From positions 31,739 through 95,738 of the forward strand of contig JADGFI010000013.1 of the NCBI GenBank assembly GCA_016743945.1: a stretch of 64,000 bases of DNA, read 5' to 3'. The notes beneath the pieces are model-generated. The model searched no databases and was not told the DNA's origin. It worked only from the letters and a program-made list of their open reading frames with translations. Positions 9,075 through 18,835 of the stretch are shown piece after piece. The stretch's first letter is position 1, and each line of letters starts with the position of its first letter. Source of the stretch: Desulfobacteraceae bacterium. GTDB lineage: Bacteria > Desulfobacterota > Desulfobacteria > Desulfobacterales > Desulfobacteraceae. A program made the position numbers and the translations under genes.

Positions 9075-9829
9075 CGTTTTAGGAACTCCCTGGCAAAGGA
9101 TAGATAACTTTTTGATCCCTGTGATTGCTTATCATACAAAATAATTGGCAGACCATAGCTAGGGGCTTCCCCCAGCTTTACATTCCGAGGTATCTTGGTT
9201 TTAAATACCATGTCCTTGAAATATTGTTTGGCATCCTCCACCACATTTTGGGCCAAATTGGTCCGTTTATCAAACATGGTCAAAAGGATTCCTTTAATTT
9301 TTAATCCCGGGTTAAAGGCTGACTTCACCCGTTTGATGGTATCCAAAAGCTGGCCCAATCCCTCCAGGGCAAAAAATTCGCTTTGCAGGGTAATTAACAC
9401 AGAATGGGATGCGGTAAAGGCATTCAAGGTAAGAAGGCTCAAGGCAGGAGGGCAATCGATGATAATGTATTCAAACCGATTTTGTACCGATGCCAAAAGC
9501 TGTTTAAGCTTAGCCTCCCGAAGGTCTGCCGCCACCATTTCTATCTCAAAACCGATGAGATCAACATTTGCCGGAATAATGGAAAGCTTGGGCAGCATGG
9601 TGGGAAGGATAATTTCCTCAATCTGGACTTCTCCGATCAGCCCCTGGTACAAAGAAGCTGAAAGGGAGGGTTTATCAATCCCCAACCCCGTGGTGGCATT
9701 TGCCTGGGAGTCACAGTCCACAAGCAGCACCCGTTTTCCTAATTTTGCCAGGGCAGCTGACAGGTTGACCGCAGTCGTGGTCTTACCTACGCCCCCCTTC
9801 TGGTTTGCAATACTGATAACTTGAGTCAT
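9071..9829 (-). CDS. parA: Chromosome partitioning ATPase ParA/Soj
   Basis: Deviant Walker A (ANQKGGVGKTTTAVNL), DCDSQANAT and IIIDCPP. Confidence 0.9.
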   Translation of the reverse strand: MTQVISIANQKGGVGKTTTAVNLSAALAKLGKRVLLVDCDSQANATTGLGIDKPSLSASLYQGLIGEVQIEEIILPTMLPKLSIIPANVDLIGFEIEMVAADLREAKLKQLLASVQNRFEYIIIDCPPALSLLTLNAFTASHSVLITLQSEFFALEGLGQLLDTIKRVKSAFNPGLKIKGILLTMFDKRTNLAQNVVEDAKQYFKDMVFKTKIPRNVKLGEAPSYGLPIILYDKQSQGSKSYLSFAREFLKR

Positions 9830-9926
9830 AATCCTAATTTCCTTATCACACTTAAATCAATGAGGCAAACAGAACCCATAAAGATATCTTATCTTTGAAT
9901 CGGCTGCCAAAGGGCTGGGCAAGCAT

Positions 9927-9969
9927 AAAAAACCCGGCAGGGACTTTTCTCGTCTCTACCGGGTTTTTT
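9927..9969. terminator. Hairpin flanked by an A-run and a T-run (bidirectional terminator-like) downstream of the Fe-S oxidoreductase gene
   Basis: AAAAAACCCGG ... CCGGGTTTTTT, with a 21-nt interior. It lies 24 nt beyond the stop at 9993 on the minus strand. Confidence 0.5.
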
Positions 9970-9992
9970 ATCTGTATCAACTCTTAAAAAAA

Positions 9993-11312
9993 TTACATTT
10001 CAGATTCAGGATGGAATACATCCACATCCTTTAGATCCTCCCCAAGATAGGTTCTTTCATTGGGACCGAGGATACCAAGGGAAAGGTTGAGCAATGTCCA
10101 CAAGTGGACGGTTTCCCATGCATGGTCGTTGACCTCGGACATATCATGGACCTGGGCATGGCAGTTGTGGCAAGGCGTGATGCAATAGGGTGCCTTGGTG
10201 GCCAGGATCTGATTGGCCTTGGTCTGGCCGTAAGCCCGTCTCTGCTCGGTGAATCCGGATTGAAGGAATCCACCGCCGCCGCCGCAGCAAAAGTTATTGG
10301 ATCGGTTGGGGGTCATGTCGACAAAATTTTCTTCCCCGACAACCGCCCTGACCACGTATCTTAAATCCTCGGCAACCGGATCACCAAAAGTCTTTCTGAC
10401 CAATTGACAAGGATCCTGGACCGTGAACTTGACCTGACGTTCCTTGTTCCAGTCCGAAGAGGGGTTTAGTTTGCCCTCTTTGATCCACTGGGCATAGAGT
10501 TGAATAATACTTTTAACTTCAAAATTGTAAGGGATGTTGAATTTTTTCAGTCCTGCCAGGACTGCAAAGAGTTCGTGCCCTCACTCGGTGTTGAGCCAGA
10601 CTTTACAGCCCAGGTCCTCCACCGCCTTTACCTTGATTCGAATAATTTTTTCCCAACTTTCATCGTCCGCGGAAAACATACAGTAATTTTCTGCAGCCCA
10701 GCCCTTGGTACCATAGGTCCAGTCGGCACCAGCCAGATGCATGATTTTCCACAAGGGGACCATTTCGTCCGGTTCTGTAACCGGTTCCCTGGAATTTTGA
10801 TTCAAAAAATAATAGGCGCCTTCCCGGTTGACATCTGCCTTCATTTCAGCAAATTCCGGCTGGGATTCCTGGTATTCTTCCAGAACATCTCCGATAACAA
10901 ATTCAAAGTCTTCTTCCGTGGCACCCATGGCAGAACAGGTATCGTTTCTCAAGGCCATGTCGCATGACCCAATAATCCCTTTGGGCTTATCTTCCTTTGC
11001 CCAGGTTGCCCTGGCATTGAAAACAAGCTGGGGTATGTTAATCTGCATGGGGCATACATACATGCATCGGGTACACATGGAACACATCCATACCCAGTTG
11101 GAACTCAAAATTTCTTCATCCATACCCAATGCCGCCATCCGAAGAAATTTCCTCGGGTCCATTCCTTCCAGGCCGGTGGCCGGACACCCCGATGCACATG
11201 CACCACAGGTCAGACAAGCATTCAAGTTTCCACCTTCCGGCAGAAGCTGCATCACCTTATCTTTAAAAGCGCTTTTTCGGGCGCCCCCAATTTTAATAGC
11301 TGTATCTCCCAT
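9993..11312 (-). CDS. HdrD/GlpC-type Fe-S oxidoreductase (2x[4Fe-4S] ferredoxin domain plus CCG cysteine-rich domains) with an in-frame UGA at codon 244. Probable selenoprotein.
   Basis: ORFs 10581..11312 and 9993..10403 share a frame, and the 177 nt between them are open. The motifs are CLTCGACASGCP, CSMCTRCMYVCP, DPC...FCCGGGGGF...TPCHNCH. The TGA (10583..10581) sits in LNTE-U-GHELF, equivalent to the first Cys of the TPCHNC motif. Confidence 0.7.
10539..10580 (-). other. Candidate bacterial SECIS hairpin immediately 3' of the in-frame UGA
   Basis: The minus strand reads UGA-GGGCAC-GAACUCUUUG-CAGUCC-UGGCA-GGACUG-AAAAAAUUC. The upper stem is 6 bp with a 5-nt G-containing loop and starts 16 nt after the UGA. 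The lower stem GAAcUcUUU/AAAAAAUUC is imperfect. Confidence 0.5.
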
Positions 11313-11484
11313 GCTATCCCCCCCCCTATCTGTCTATACATTTAAAGTAATTTTACCTTATTTTACAGTGCCCTATCTCTGGAGCAATGTATTTTGTCTC
11401 TTATTATCAAACCCATGTCAATAAAAAATTTTTCAAACCCCTAATATTTGACATTTTTTATTAGTGACCTATTCTTTTCTCGTT

Positions 11485-14400
11485 ATGAACATCCTCAAAA
11501 AAATAGAAACGCTCGTTCCTGAAGCAATGGGTAAGGATCAATATACCATTAAAAGGGCACTAAGCGCAATAAAAAAAAAGTTGCGCCCCGCAAGCAAACC
11601 CCCTGAAAACAATACAAAAGACTGTCAACAGCTGTTAAAAAAAGTTCAGAATTCTGTCCTCGTAACCAAGACCCGACGACAAGGCCTCCCCCCATCTCTT
11701 AACCTTGATCCCAACCTGCCCATTACCGCGAAAAAAGACGAAATCATTGAGGCCATAAAAAAAAATTCTGTGGTCATCATTTCCGGAGAAACAGGATCTG
11801 GAAAAACCACCCAGATCCCCAAATTCTGCCTTGCGGCCGGCCGGGGGATCCGAGGAATGATCGGCTGCACCCAGCCCAGGAGAATCGCCGCCATCAATGT
11901 GGCCAAACGCATTGCCTTTGAGCTCAATGAGCCAATGGGCACCTCTGTGGGATATAAAATAAGGTTTGACGACAAAACCCCGAACAATGCCTATATCAAG
12001 CTCATGACCGACGGCATTCTTCTGGCGGAAACCCAGCAGGACCGGTTTTTAACCCAATATGATACCCTCATCGTGGATGAGGCCCATGAAAGAAGCCTTA
12101 ACATTGATTTCACCCTGGGGATCCTACGAAAACTGGTACGACAGCGCAAAGATCTGAAACTGATCATTACCTCTGCCACCATTGACACAAAAAAATTTTC
12201 CGCGGCCTTTGACAACGCCCCCATTATTGAAGTTTCCGGCCGGATGTATCCGGTAGAAACCATTTATATGCCCCTTGTTTCAGAGGAGGATGACAAAAAT
12301 GCCAACGGGGAAGACCAAGGATATGTGGAAGCTGCCGCAGAAGCTGCCAACCAATTGCTGGCACGCTCCCGGACCGGGGATATTCTTATTTTTATGCCAA
12401 CCGAACAAGATATCGGAGAAACCCTGGAATTGATCCGGGGACAAAACCATCGAGGTGTCATGGCCCTGCCCTTGTTTGCCAGGTTGTCCGCCAAAGAACA
12501 GTCCAAAATTTTTTCAACGGGAGTCGGCCGGAAAATCATTGTTGCCACCAATGTGGCAGAGACCTCCCTCACCATTCCCGGCATCAAATATGTGGTGGAT
12601 ACCGGATTTGCAAGGATCCCCAGCTATTCCCCCAGAACCCGGACAACCGCCCTTCCGGTGAGCCCTATTTCCCAGAGTTCCGCCAACCAGCGACTGGGCA
12701 GATGCGGCAGGGTTGAAAACGGGGTCTGTATCAGACTCTTTGACGAAGATGATTTTAACAGCCGCCCGTTTTTCACCTCGCCTGAAATCCTGAGAAGCAA
12801 TCTGGCAGAAGTCATTTTACGGATGATATTCCTGAACCTGGGGGATGTGGCTAGTTTTCCCTTTATAGATCCTCCGGCTTTCAAAAGCATAAAGGACGGA
12901 TTTGATACCCTGCAGGAACTGGGGGCCATCCAGAAAAATACAAAACCCAAAAAAACACAACCAGGCAAACCCAATGACAACAAACAATACAGCCTGACCC
13001 AAATCGGCCGGGTCATGGCCAAAATCCCGGTGGACCCGAAGCTTTCCCGGATATTAATCCAAGCGCAAAAAATGGGATGCCTCAAAGAGGCAACCATCAT
13101 TGTTACAGCCCTTACCATTGCAGATGTCCGCCAGCGGCCCGCCGATAAAATCCAGGCAGCCGCCCAGAAACACAGCCTGTTCAAGGATCCTATTTCTGAT
13201 TTTATAACCCTGTTCAATATATGGAATGCTTATAAGGCCGCTGAAAAAAAGTTGCAGTCCCGGTCCAAGCTGAAAAAATTCTGCGCTGACCATTTCCTTT
13301 CCTTTAAGCGCATCCACGAGTGGCAGGATATCCACCGGCAAATCAGCCGCATGCTCAAAGAGCATGGACTCAAAGGAAACACCCCGGGGGGGGAAGCCGA
13401 CCTGGCGGTATCCATGGAAAATTCTATTGGGACCCGGGACCTGAAATCAAAGGAATTCAACCTGGGCGGCCCTTTGTACATTGCCCTGCATAAAGCCTTG
13501 CTTTCCGGTTACCTTGGCGGTATTGCCCATAAAAAAGAAAAAAATCTTTTCATGGCGGCCAAAGGCCAGCAAGTCATGATTTTTCCGGGATCCGGCCTTT
13601 TCGGCAAGGCAGGCGACTGGATTGTGGCCGCTGAATTTGTCAAAACCAGCCAGCTCTTTGCCCGGGGGGTTGCCAACATCGATCCGGCCTGGCTGGAAGA
13701 GGTGGGCAAAAATCTGTGTACTCATACCTATTTTGAACCCCATTGGGAAAAAAAACGGGGGGAGGTCATGGCCAGTGAACAGATCTCCTTGTTCGGCCTC
13801 ATCATTGTTGCCGGGCGCAAAACAGCCTATGGCCGGGTGAACCCCGAGGAGGCCGGTGAAATTTTCATACGCCACGCCCTAATCCAGGGGGAAATAGATC
13901 AACCCTTAAAATTCATGGTCCATAACCAGCAATTAATTGAAGGCCTGGAAGCCCTGGAAAATAAAACCCGCAAAAAAGATATTCTGGCCTCGGAAGAAGA
14001 CATCTATGGGTTTTACCACTCCCGGCTGCCCAGGCCATTTTTCAATATCCGCACCTTTAAAAAATTTCTTCGGGACCAAAAGGATGACACCTTTTTACGC
14101 ATGACGCTTGCCGACCTTCAACGCTCCCAGGTGGATGACAAGGAGCTGGCTCTGTTCCCGGACGCACTTGCTATGGAACAGGGCAATTTTGGTCTTGAAT
14201 ATGAGTTTAACCCCGGTGCTGAAACCGATGGGGTGACTCTTACGGTGCCGGCAGATTCAGCGGCACTTGTGTCAAAACACAGCGTGGACCAACTGGTGCC
14301 GGGCCTGTTTGAGGAAAAAATTGCAGCCCTGATTAAAAACCTGCCCAAACGCTACCGGGTTCGCCTGGTACCGGTCCAGGACACGGCCGCCCTTATTGCA

Positions 14401-15546
14401 AAAGAAATGGTTAAAGAAGACAAGCCTCTTTTTACCCTGCTCTCCTTATTTATCCAAAAAAAGTTTCACCTGACCATCCCGGCAACCCAATGGTCCGAAG
14501 AAAAATTGCCGGACCATTTAAGAATGCGGATTTCCATCCGAGATAAAAAAAACAGGGAAATCAAATCCATGCGGGACCTATCCATTCTGGGCCAGTTCGC
14601 ATCCCAGCGCCCCAGCAAAAACGCTGAATTTGAGAAAGCCTGCCAAATCCATGAACGAACCCGGATCAAAGACTGGTCCTTCCCCGACCTTCTGCCCTTT
14701 ATTCCCCTCGTCCAGGACGACGGGTTTATCCTAAAAACATACCCGGGCCTGAAAATAGATCCCAAAGACCAAAGCCTTTCCCTGCGATTGTTCAAATCCA
14801 AACGCTTGGCCCAGGACAACCATGTTCAAGGAATCAGACATCTGTTTGAACTCATCTTTCCCGATGATTTTAAATCCATCAAAAAAGATATTAAGACAGC
14901 CGCAAACCTGAAACAAATTGCCCTCTATTTCAAGGGATCTGTCCTGTTCAATCAAACAATTTTTGAGGCCGTTGTAAAGGCTCTCTTTGAAAAGGATTTG
15001 CGGTCTAAAACCGATTTTGAGGCCCATGGGGCCAAAATTCGCCCCCAATTATATACAAAAACCCAACAACTGCTCAACACCATTCGAGCGGTGGGCAGGG
15101 AATATGACGCCTGTTTTTCCCTGGTCCAGAAATTATCCCTTCAATACCAGAAAAAGCCTGCCAGCTTTGAGATGCTCACCTTGTTGTTCACTGAATTAAA
15201 AAACCTGGTCCCCACAAACTTTCTGGAACTTTACACTCTGGAACGGGTGGAGCAGTTGCCCCGGTATCTGGCCTGTATCCGTATCCGGGCCCAACGGACC
15301 GTGGACAACCCTGTCAAAGAAGGGCAAAAAGCCCTGTTAATAACCCCATTTGCCCATAAATTAAATACCCTTCTGGCCTCCTTGTCTGAACGCTCTTCCA
15401 AGGAAAAAGCCATGGCTGTGGAATCTTTTTACTGGCTTTTAGAAGAATATAAGATTTCCGTGTTTGCCCAGGAGATAAAAACAAAGGGTAAAATATCCGC
15501 GAAAAAACTGGACAAAGAATTGATCACCATTTCAACCATGATCTAG
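11485..15546 (+). CDS. hrpA: ATP-dependent RNA helicase HrpA (DEAH-box)
   Basis: GETGSGKTTQIPK, DEAHERS, SATID, TNVAETSLTIPG, QRLGRCGR, and a long HA2/OB/C-terminal extension. About 1350 aa. The ATG at 11485 is preferred over the GTG at 11464. Confidence 0.9.
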   Translation: MNILKKIETLVPEAMGKDQYTIKRALSAIKKKLRPASKPPENNTKDCQQLLKKVQNSVLVTKTRRQGLPPSLNLDPNLPITAKKDEIIEAIKKNSVVIISGETGSGKTTQIPKFCLAAGRGIRGMIGCTQPRRIAAINVAKRIAFELNEPMGTSVGYKIRFDDKTPNNAYIKLMTDGILLAETQQDRFLTQYDTLIVDEAHERSLNIDFTLGILRKLVRQRKDLKLIITSATIDTKKFSAAFDNAPIIEVSGRMYPVETIYMPLVSEEDDKNANGEDQGYVEAAAEAANQLLARSRTGDILIFMPTEQDIGETLELIRGQNHRGVMALPLFARLSAKEQSKIFSTGVGRKIIVATNVAETSLTIPGIKYVVDTGFARIPSYSPRTRTTALPVSPISQSSANQRLGRCGRVENGVCIRLFDEDDFNSRPFFTSPEILRSNLAEVILRMIFLNLGDVASFPFIDPPAFKSIKDGFDTLQELGAIQKNTKPKKTQPGKPNDNKQYSLTQIGRVMAKIPVDPKLSRILIQAQKMGCLKEATIIVTALTIADVRQRPADKIQAAAQKHSLFKDPISDFITLFNIWNAYKAAEKKLQSRSKLKKFCADHFLSFKRIHEWQDIHRQISRMLKEHGLKGNTPGGEADLAVSMENSIGTRDLKSKEFNLGGPLYIALHKALLSGYLGGIAHKKEKNLFMAAKGQQVMIFPGSGLFGKAGDWIVAAEFVKTSQLFARGVANIDPAWLEEVGKNLCTHTYFEPHWEKKRGEVMASEQISLFGLIIVAGRKTAYGRVNPEEAGEIFIRHALIQGEIDQPLKFMVHNQQLIEGLEALENKTRKKDILASEEDIYGFYHSRLPRPFFNIRTFKKFLRDQKDDTFLRMTLADLQRSQVDDKELALFPDALAMEQGNFGLEYEFNPGAETDGVTLTVPADSAALVSKHSVDQLVPGLFEEKIAALIKNLPKRYRVRLVPVQDTAALIAKEMVKEDKPLFTLLSLFIQKKFHLTIPATQWSEEKLPDHLRMRISIRDKKNREIKSMRDLSILGQFASQRPSKNAEFEKACQIHERTRIKDWSFPDLLPFIPLVQDDGFILKTYPGLKIDPKDQSLSLRLFKSKRLAQDNHVQGIRHLFELIFPDDFKSIKKDIKTAANLKQIALYFKGSVLFNQTIFEAVVKALFEKDLRSKTDFEAHGAKIRPQLYTKTQQLLNTIRAVGREYDACFSLVQKLSLQYQKKPASFEMLTLLFTELKNLVPTNFLELYTLERVEQLPRYLACIRIRAQRTVDNPVKEGQKALLITPFAHKLNTLLASLSERSSKEKAMAVESFYWLLEEYKISVFAQEIKTKGKISAKKLDKELITISTMI

Positions 15547-15570
15547 ACCAATAGATCTGGAACTTATCCT

Positions 15571-15828
15571 CTAGGGCAGAGGGGTCTTTTGCAACCGCAG
15601 CCGGACCTGGGTTTCCAGATGGACCATCACAAGAGACAGCGCCCGACTCTCGGACACAGGCCCTGAATTATTCCAGCCGGCTTTCAAGGCATCCTTCTTT
15701 TTCTCCCTGAAAAGGGCCACAGAATCAACCAGGGACTTCCAGGCAAAGAGCTTTTGCAGGATATGCCGTTCCTCGGAACTTAAGGTAGCCGTGTCAATTT
15801 TTTCTCCGGTGGTGGTGATGATCATCAT
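15571..15828 (-). CDS. Hypothetical small protein (85 aa)
   Basis: A clean ORF with ordinary amino-acid composition, convergent with hrpA. No motif recognised. Confidence 0.4.
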   Translation of the reverse strand: MMIITTTGEKIDTATLSSEERHILQKLFAWKSLVDSVALFREKKKDALKAGWNNSGPVSESRALSLVMVHLETQVRLRLQKTPLP

Positions 15829-16080
15829 TTTAATCGCCCGTCATTTTATGTGTCTGTTTATGTGTCTGGCACTTATCAAGCTATCCGTAAAATTGGAAAT
15901 TAAAAATATCCAATTATCGAATAGGGCTATTATCTATGGGTTAGATCCATAGATCATTTTATAGTTTCCCCAGACTTTATTCAATTGATTTAATTTGATT
16001 TGGTTTGTTTTTATCTGTTTTATTTTTATCTGGTTTTTTGCTATTTGTATCCTTGAACTTAATCCAATGGACAAAAGACA

Positions 16081-16428
16081 ATGAATATCAAAGAAAAAGA
16101 AGACATCCGACTGGCAATATTAGGAACAATTGAAGAATTAAAAAAAAATATTAAAATCTTTAAAAGATTATCACAGCCGGTCTCACCGGACAACGCCATT
16201 GGTAGAATAACACGAATGGAAGCCATCAACAGCAAAAGTATGAATGAAGCCTCCCTGGTAAAATCCACCCATCGGCTAACCAGACTCCAACGCTCACTTG
16301 GGATGTTAGATGATCCTGATTTCGGATATTGTATAAACTGTGAAGAACCAATTCCTTATAAAAGGCTGCTAATCCTGCCTGAAACATCATTGTGTGTCCC
16401 ATGTGCCCAGAAACTCAACCAGGGATGA
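16081..16428 (+). CDS. DksA/TraR family C4-type zinc-finger protein
   Basis: A coiled-coil N-terminus followed by CINCEEPIPYKRLLILPETSLCVPC. Confidence 0.8.
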   Translation: MNIKEKEDIRLAILGTIEELKKNIKIFKRLSQPVSPDNAIGRITRMEAINSKSMNEASLVKSTHRLTRLQRSLGMLDDPDFGYCINCEEPIPYKRLLILPETSLCVPCAQKLNQG

Positions 16429-16552
16429 GTTCCCTTCTTTTTTTTAAAAAGGAAACCACTTATCCGAGCTTTCAAGTTCCGCCCCCTTGAAACCTCTATC
16501 CGGGATGATTAGGGTTTAAGAAACGAAAATTTTAGATTTAAGGATATCACTA

Positions 16553-17251
16553 GTGTTTACTGAAACCATCACATTTCCGACCGCCTTTATTGCCGGATTA
16601 CTCTCTTTTCTCTCCCCCTGTGTGCTCCCCCTGATACCGGCCTATTTTTCTTTTATCACGGGCCTGTCCGTGGATGAAATGACCACTGGCACCAAAGGAA
16701 TCCGGCAAAAAGTAATCCTGTCCACCCTTGCCTATGTGGCCGGGTTTTCATTTATTTTCATCCTGTTCGGGGCATCGGCCTCCTTTATCGGGGGACTGGC
16801 CGCACAATTTTCCTGGGTAATCCGTTATTTGGGGGGAACAATTGTACTGGTATTTGGTCTCCACCTTTTGGGACTAATCAACATCAAGGGATTTCAGTTT
16901 GAAAAACGATTCCATGTCAAGAAAAAACCCGTTCATCTGCTGGGAACCTTTGTCATCGGCATGGCATTTGGTGCCGGGTGGACCCCCTGCATCGGCCCCA
17001 TGCTGGGCAGCATCCTCATTGTTGCTGGCAACCAGGAGACTATTCTCAACGGTATCTGGCTTTTGGCTGTTTATTCTGCCGGCCTTGCCCTTCCCTTTAT
17101 CCTGATATCCATTTTTATTAATTCCATGCTTGGGTTCATGAAGCGGGCCACCCGCTTAATCGGCATCATCAACAAGGTTGCCGGCGTCCTGCTCATCGGC
17201 ATCGGGCTTCTGCTGATATTTGACCAGTTCAAACTGCTGGCCGCCCTTTAA
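16553..17251 (+). CDS. ccdA: Cytochrome c biogenesis thiol-disulfide transporter CcdA (DsbD transmembrane-domain family)
   Basis: LSFLSPCVLPLIPAYF and GAGWTPCIGPMLG motifs, with six TM helices. Confidence 0.85.
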   Translation: MFTETITFPTAFIAGLLSFLSPCVLPLIPAYFSFITGLSVDEMTTGTKGIRQKVILSTLAYVAGFSFIFILFGASASFIGGLAAQFSWVIRYLGGTIVLVFGLHLLGLINIKGFQFEKRFHVKKKPVHLLGTFVIGMAFGAGWTPCIGPMLGSILIVAGNQETILNGIWLLAVYSAGLALPFILISIFINSMLGFMKRATRLIGIINKVAGVLLIGIGLLLIFDQFKLLAAL

Positions 17252-17265
17252 CGAAAGTTATCTCC

Positions 17266-18447
17266 ATGGCCCAGACTTCCAGACAATTTTTTGGTTTTAT
17301 CGGAATAACCACCTTCACCAAGTTATTAATGAATGTTACCAGACGAATGATCTACCCCTTTGCCCCTGAATTTGCCCGGGGACTTGAAGTGGATCTGTCC
17401 GCCATCACCTCTGTCATCGCTGTGAACCAGGCCACAGCTGTTCTGGGCCCGGTGGGAGCTTCCTTTGGGGACCGATACGGGTATAAGCTGCTCATGCTCT
17501 TTGCCCTGGGGTTTCTAACCATTGGCACTTTTGCAACAGGATTTATCCCCTTGTATTCGGTCCTGGTGGTCTGCCTGTTTCTGGCCGGCCTTTGCAAAAG
17601 CATTTTTGATCCCAGCCTCCAAGCCTTTATCGGAGAGTTTGTCCCCATTGAACAAAGGGGAAGGGTCATCGGCATCACCGAACTTTCCTGGGCAGGTTCC
17701 ACCCTTTTGGGAATACCCGTTGCCGGGCTCATCATCGAACGATTTTCATGGCAAACCCCTTTCTGGATTATCGGCCTGCTGTCTTTCCTGTGCTTTGGCC
17801 TGATCTTAAAATTCATGCCCAAAACCCCATCAAAGAAAAAAAATTCAAAGAAAAACACCCCTTCAATCCTGTCCAATTGGAAAACCATTGTCCGAAACCG
17901 GAAGGTTGCGGGTATTCTGTTATTTGCCTTTTCCATGGCCCTGGCCAGTGACACTTTATTTGTCATCTACGGGGCCTGGCTGGAACAATCCTACGGCCTC
18001 TCCCTAGCAGCCATCGGGTTCAGCACCATCTTGATCGGGATTTCGGAAATGCTGGGGGAAGGCTGTACCGCGTTTTTCTCGGATCGCATCGGCCTGAAAC
18101 GCTCCATTCTTCTGGGAGTCAGCCTTTGTGCAGGGGCCTATTTTATTCTACCAGCCCTTGATATCGGCCTTGCCCATGTGTTGACCGGGCTCTTCCTTAT
18201 TTTTTTCTTCTTTGAATTCACCTATGTCACAGCCATGAGCCTGACAACGGAATTGGTGCCGGAACTTCGGGCTTCTACCATGTCTGCCTTTTATGCCATC
18301 GGAGGCCTGGGCCGGGTGGCCGGTGCCTTTGCCGGGGGCATGATCTGGTCCTCATCCGGCCTTGCCGGAATCAGCCTCATCTCCGGAGGATGTACCCTCA
18401 TGGCCCTGGTTTGCATTCTTATAGGTTTTTCCAGTACAAAACAATAG
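17266..18447 (+). CDS. MFS transporter
   Basis: About 12 TM helices with a central K-rich loop. An MFS-like GDRYGYK motif follows TM2. Confidence 0.8.
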   Translation: MAQTSRQFFGFIGITTFTKLLMNVTRRMIYPFAPEFARGLEVDLSAITSVIAVNQATAVLGPVGASFGDRYGYKLLMLFALGFLTIGTFATGFIPLYSVLVVCLFLAGLCKSIFDPSLQAFIGEFVPIEQRGRVIGITELSWAGSTLLGIPVAGLIIERFSWQTPFWIIGLLSFLCFGLILKFMPKTPSKKKNSKKNTPSILSNWKTIVRNRKVAGILLFAFSMALASDTLFVIYGAWLEQSYGLSLAAIGFSTILIGISEMLGEGCTAFFSDRIGLKRSILLGVSLCAGAYFILPALDIGLAHVLTGLFLIFFFFEFTYVTAMSLTTELVPELRASTMSAFYAIGGLGRVAGAFAGGMIWSSSGLAGISLISGGCTLMALVCILIGFSSTKQ

Positions 18448-18835
18448 CGCCCCAAATAAAAATTTTGTTGCTATTTAAAAAAACCTGGGTTTTTTGAACC
18501 AAAACCTGACACAATATCTTGTGGTTGGTGATATTTTTCCCAGCACATTTAAAATTTATCCTGGCATGATGTCCATGCGCCATGGTTACCAATAATTCTC
18601 GTAATTCCCTTTACATATTTTACAAACCGTGTATTTTTAACATATCGTATTGCTCTGCTAAAATTAAGATGGCTTTTTTTCGCTGTTGAGAAATTCCCCT
18701 TTCGTTGTTTTCCCAATAAAGGCCAGACGATTTTTTTCCATGATATGGTGAACGATCCAAAATAATATTTAACGCCAAAGATATAACTAGGGCTTATTGG
18801 CAATCATTATCACACAATACATCAAGGAGAAAACA

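Noticed and set aside
10404-10580. Treating the gap between ORFs 9993..10403 and 10581..11312 as intergenic DNA, or the locus as a broken pseudogene
   Set aside because: The gap is an open frame continuous with both ORFs and encodes the start of a CCG domain. Only one TGA interrupts it, at a Cys-equivalent position and followed by a hairpin. Sec recoding is the more economical explanation, though it is unproven.
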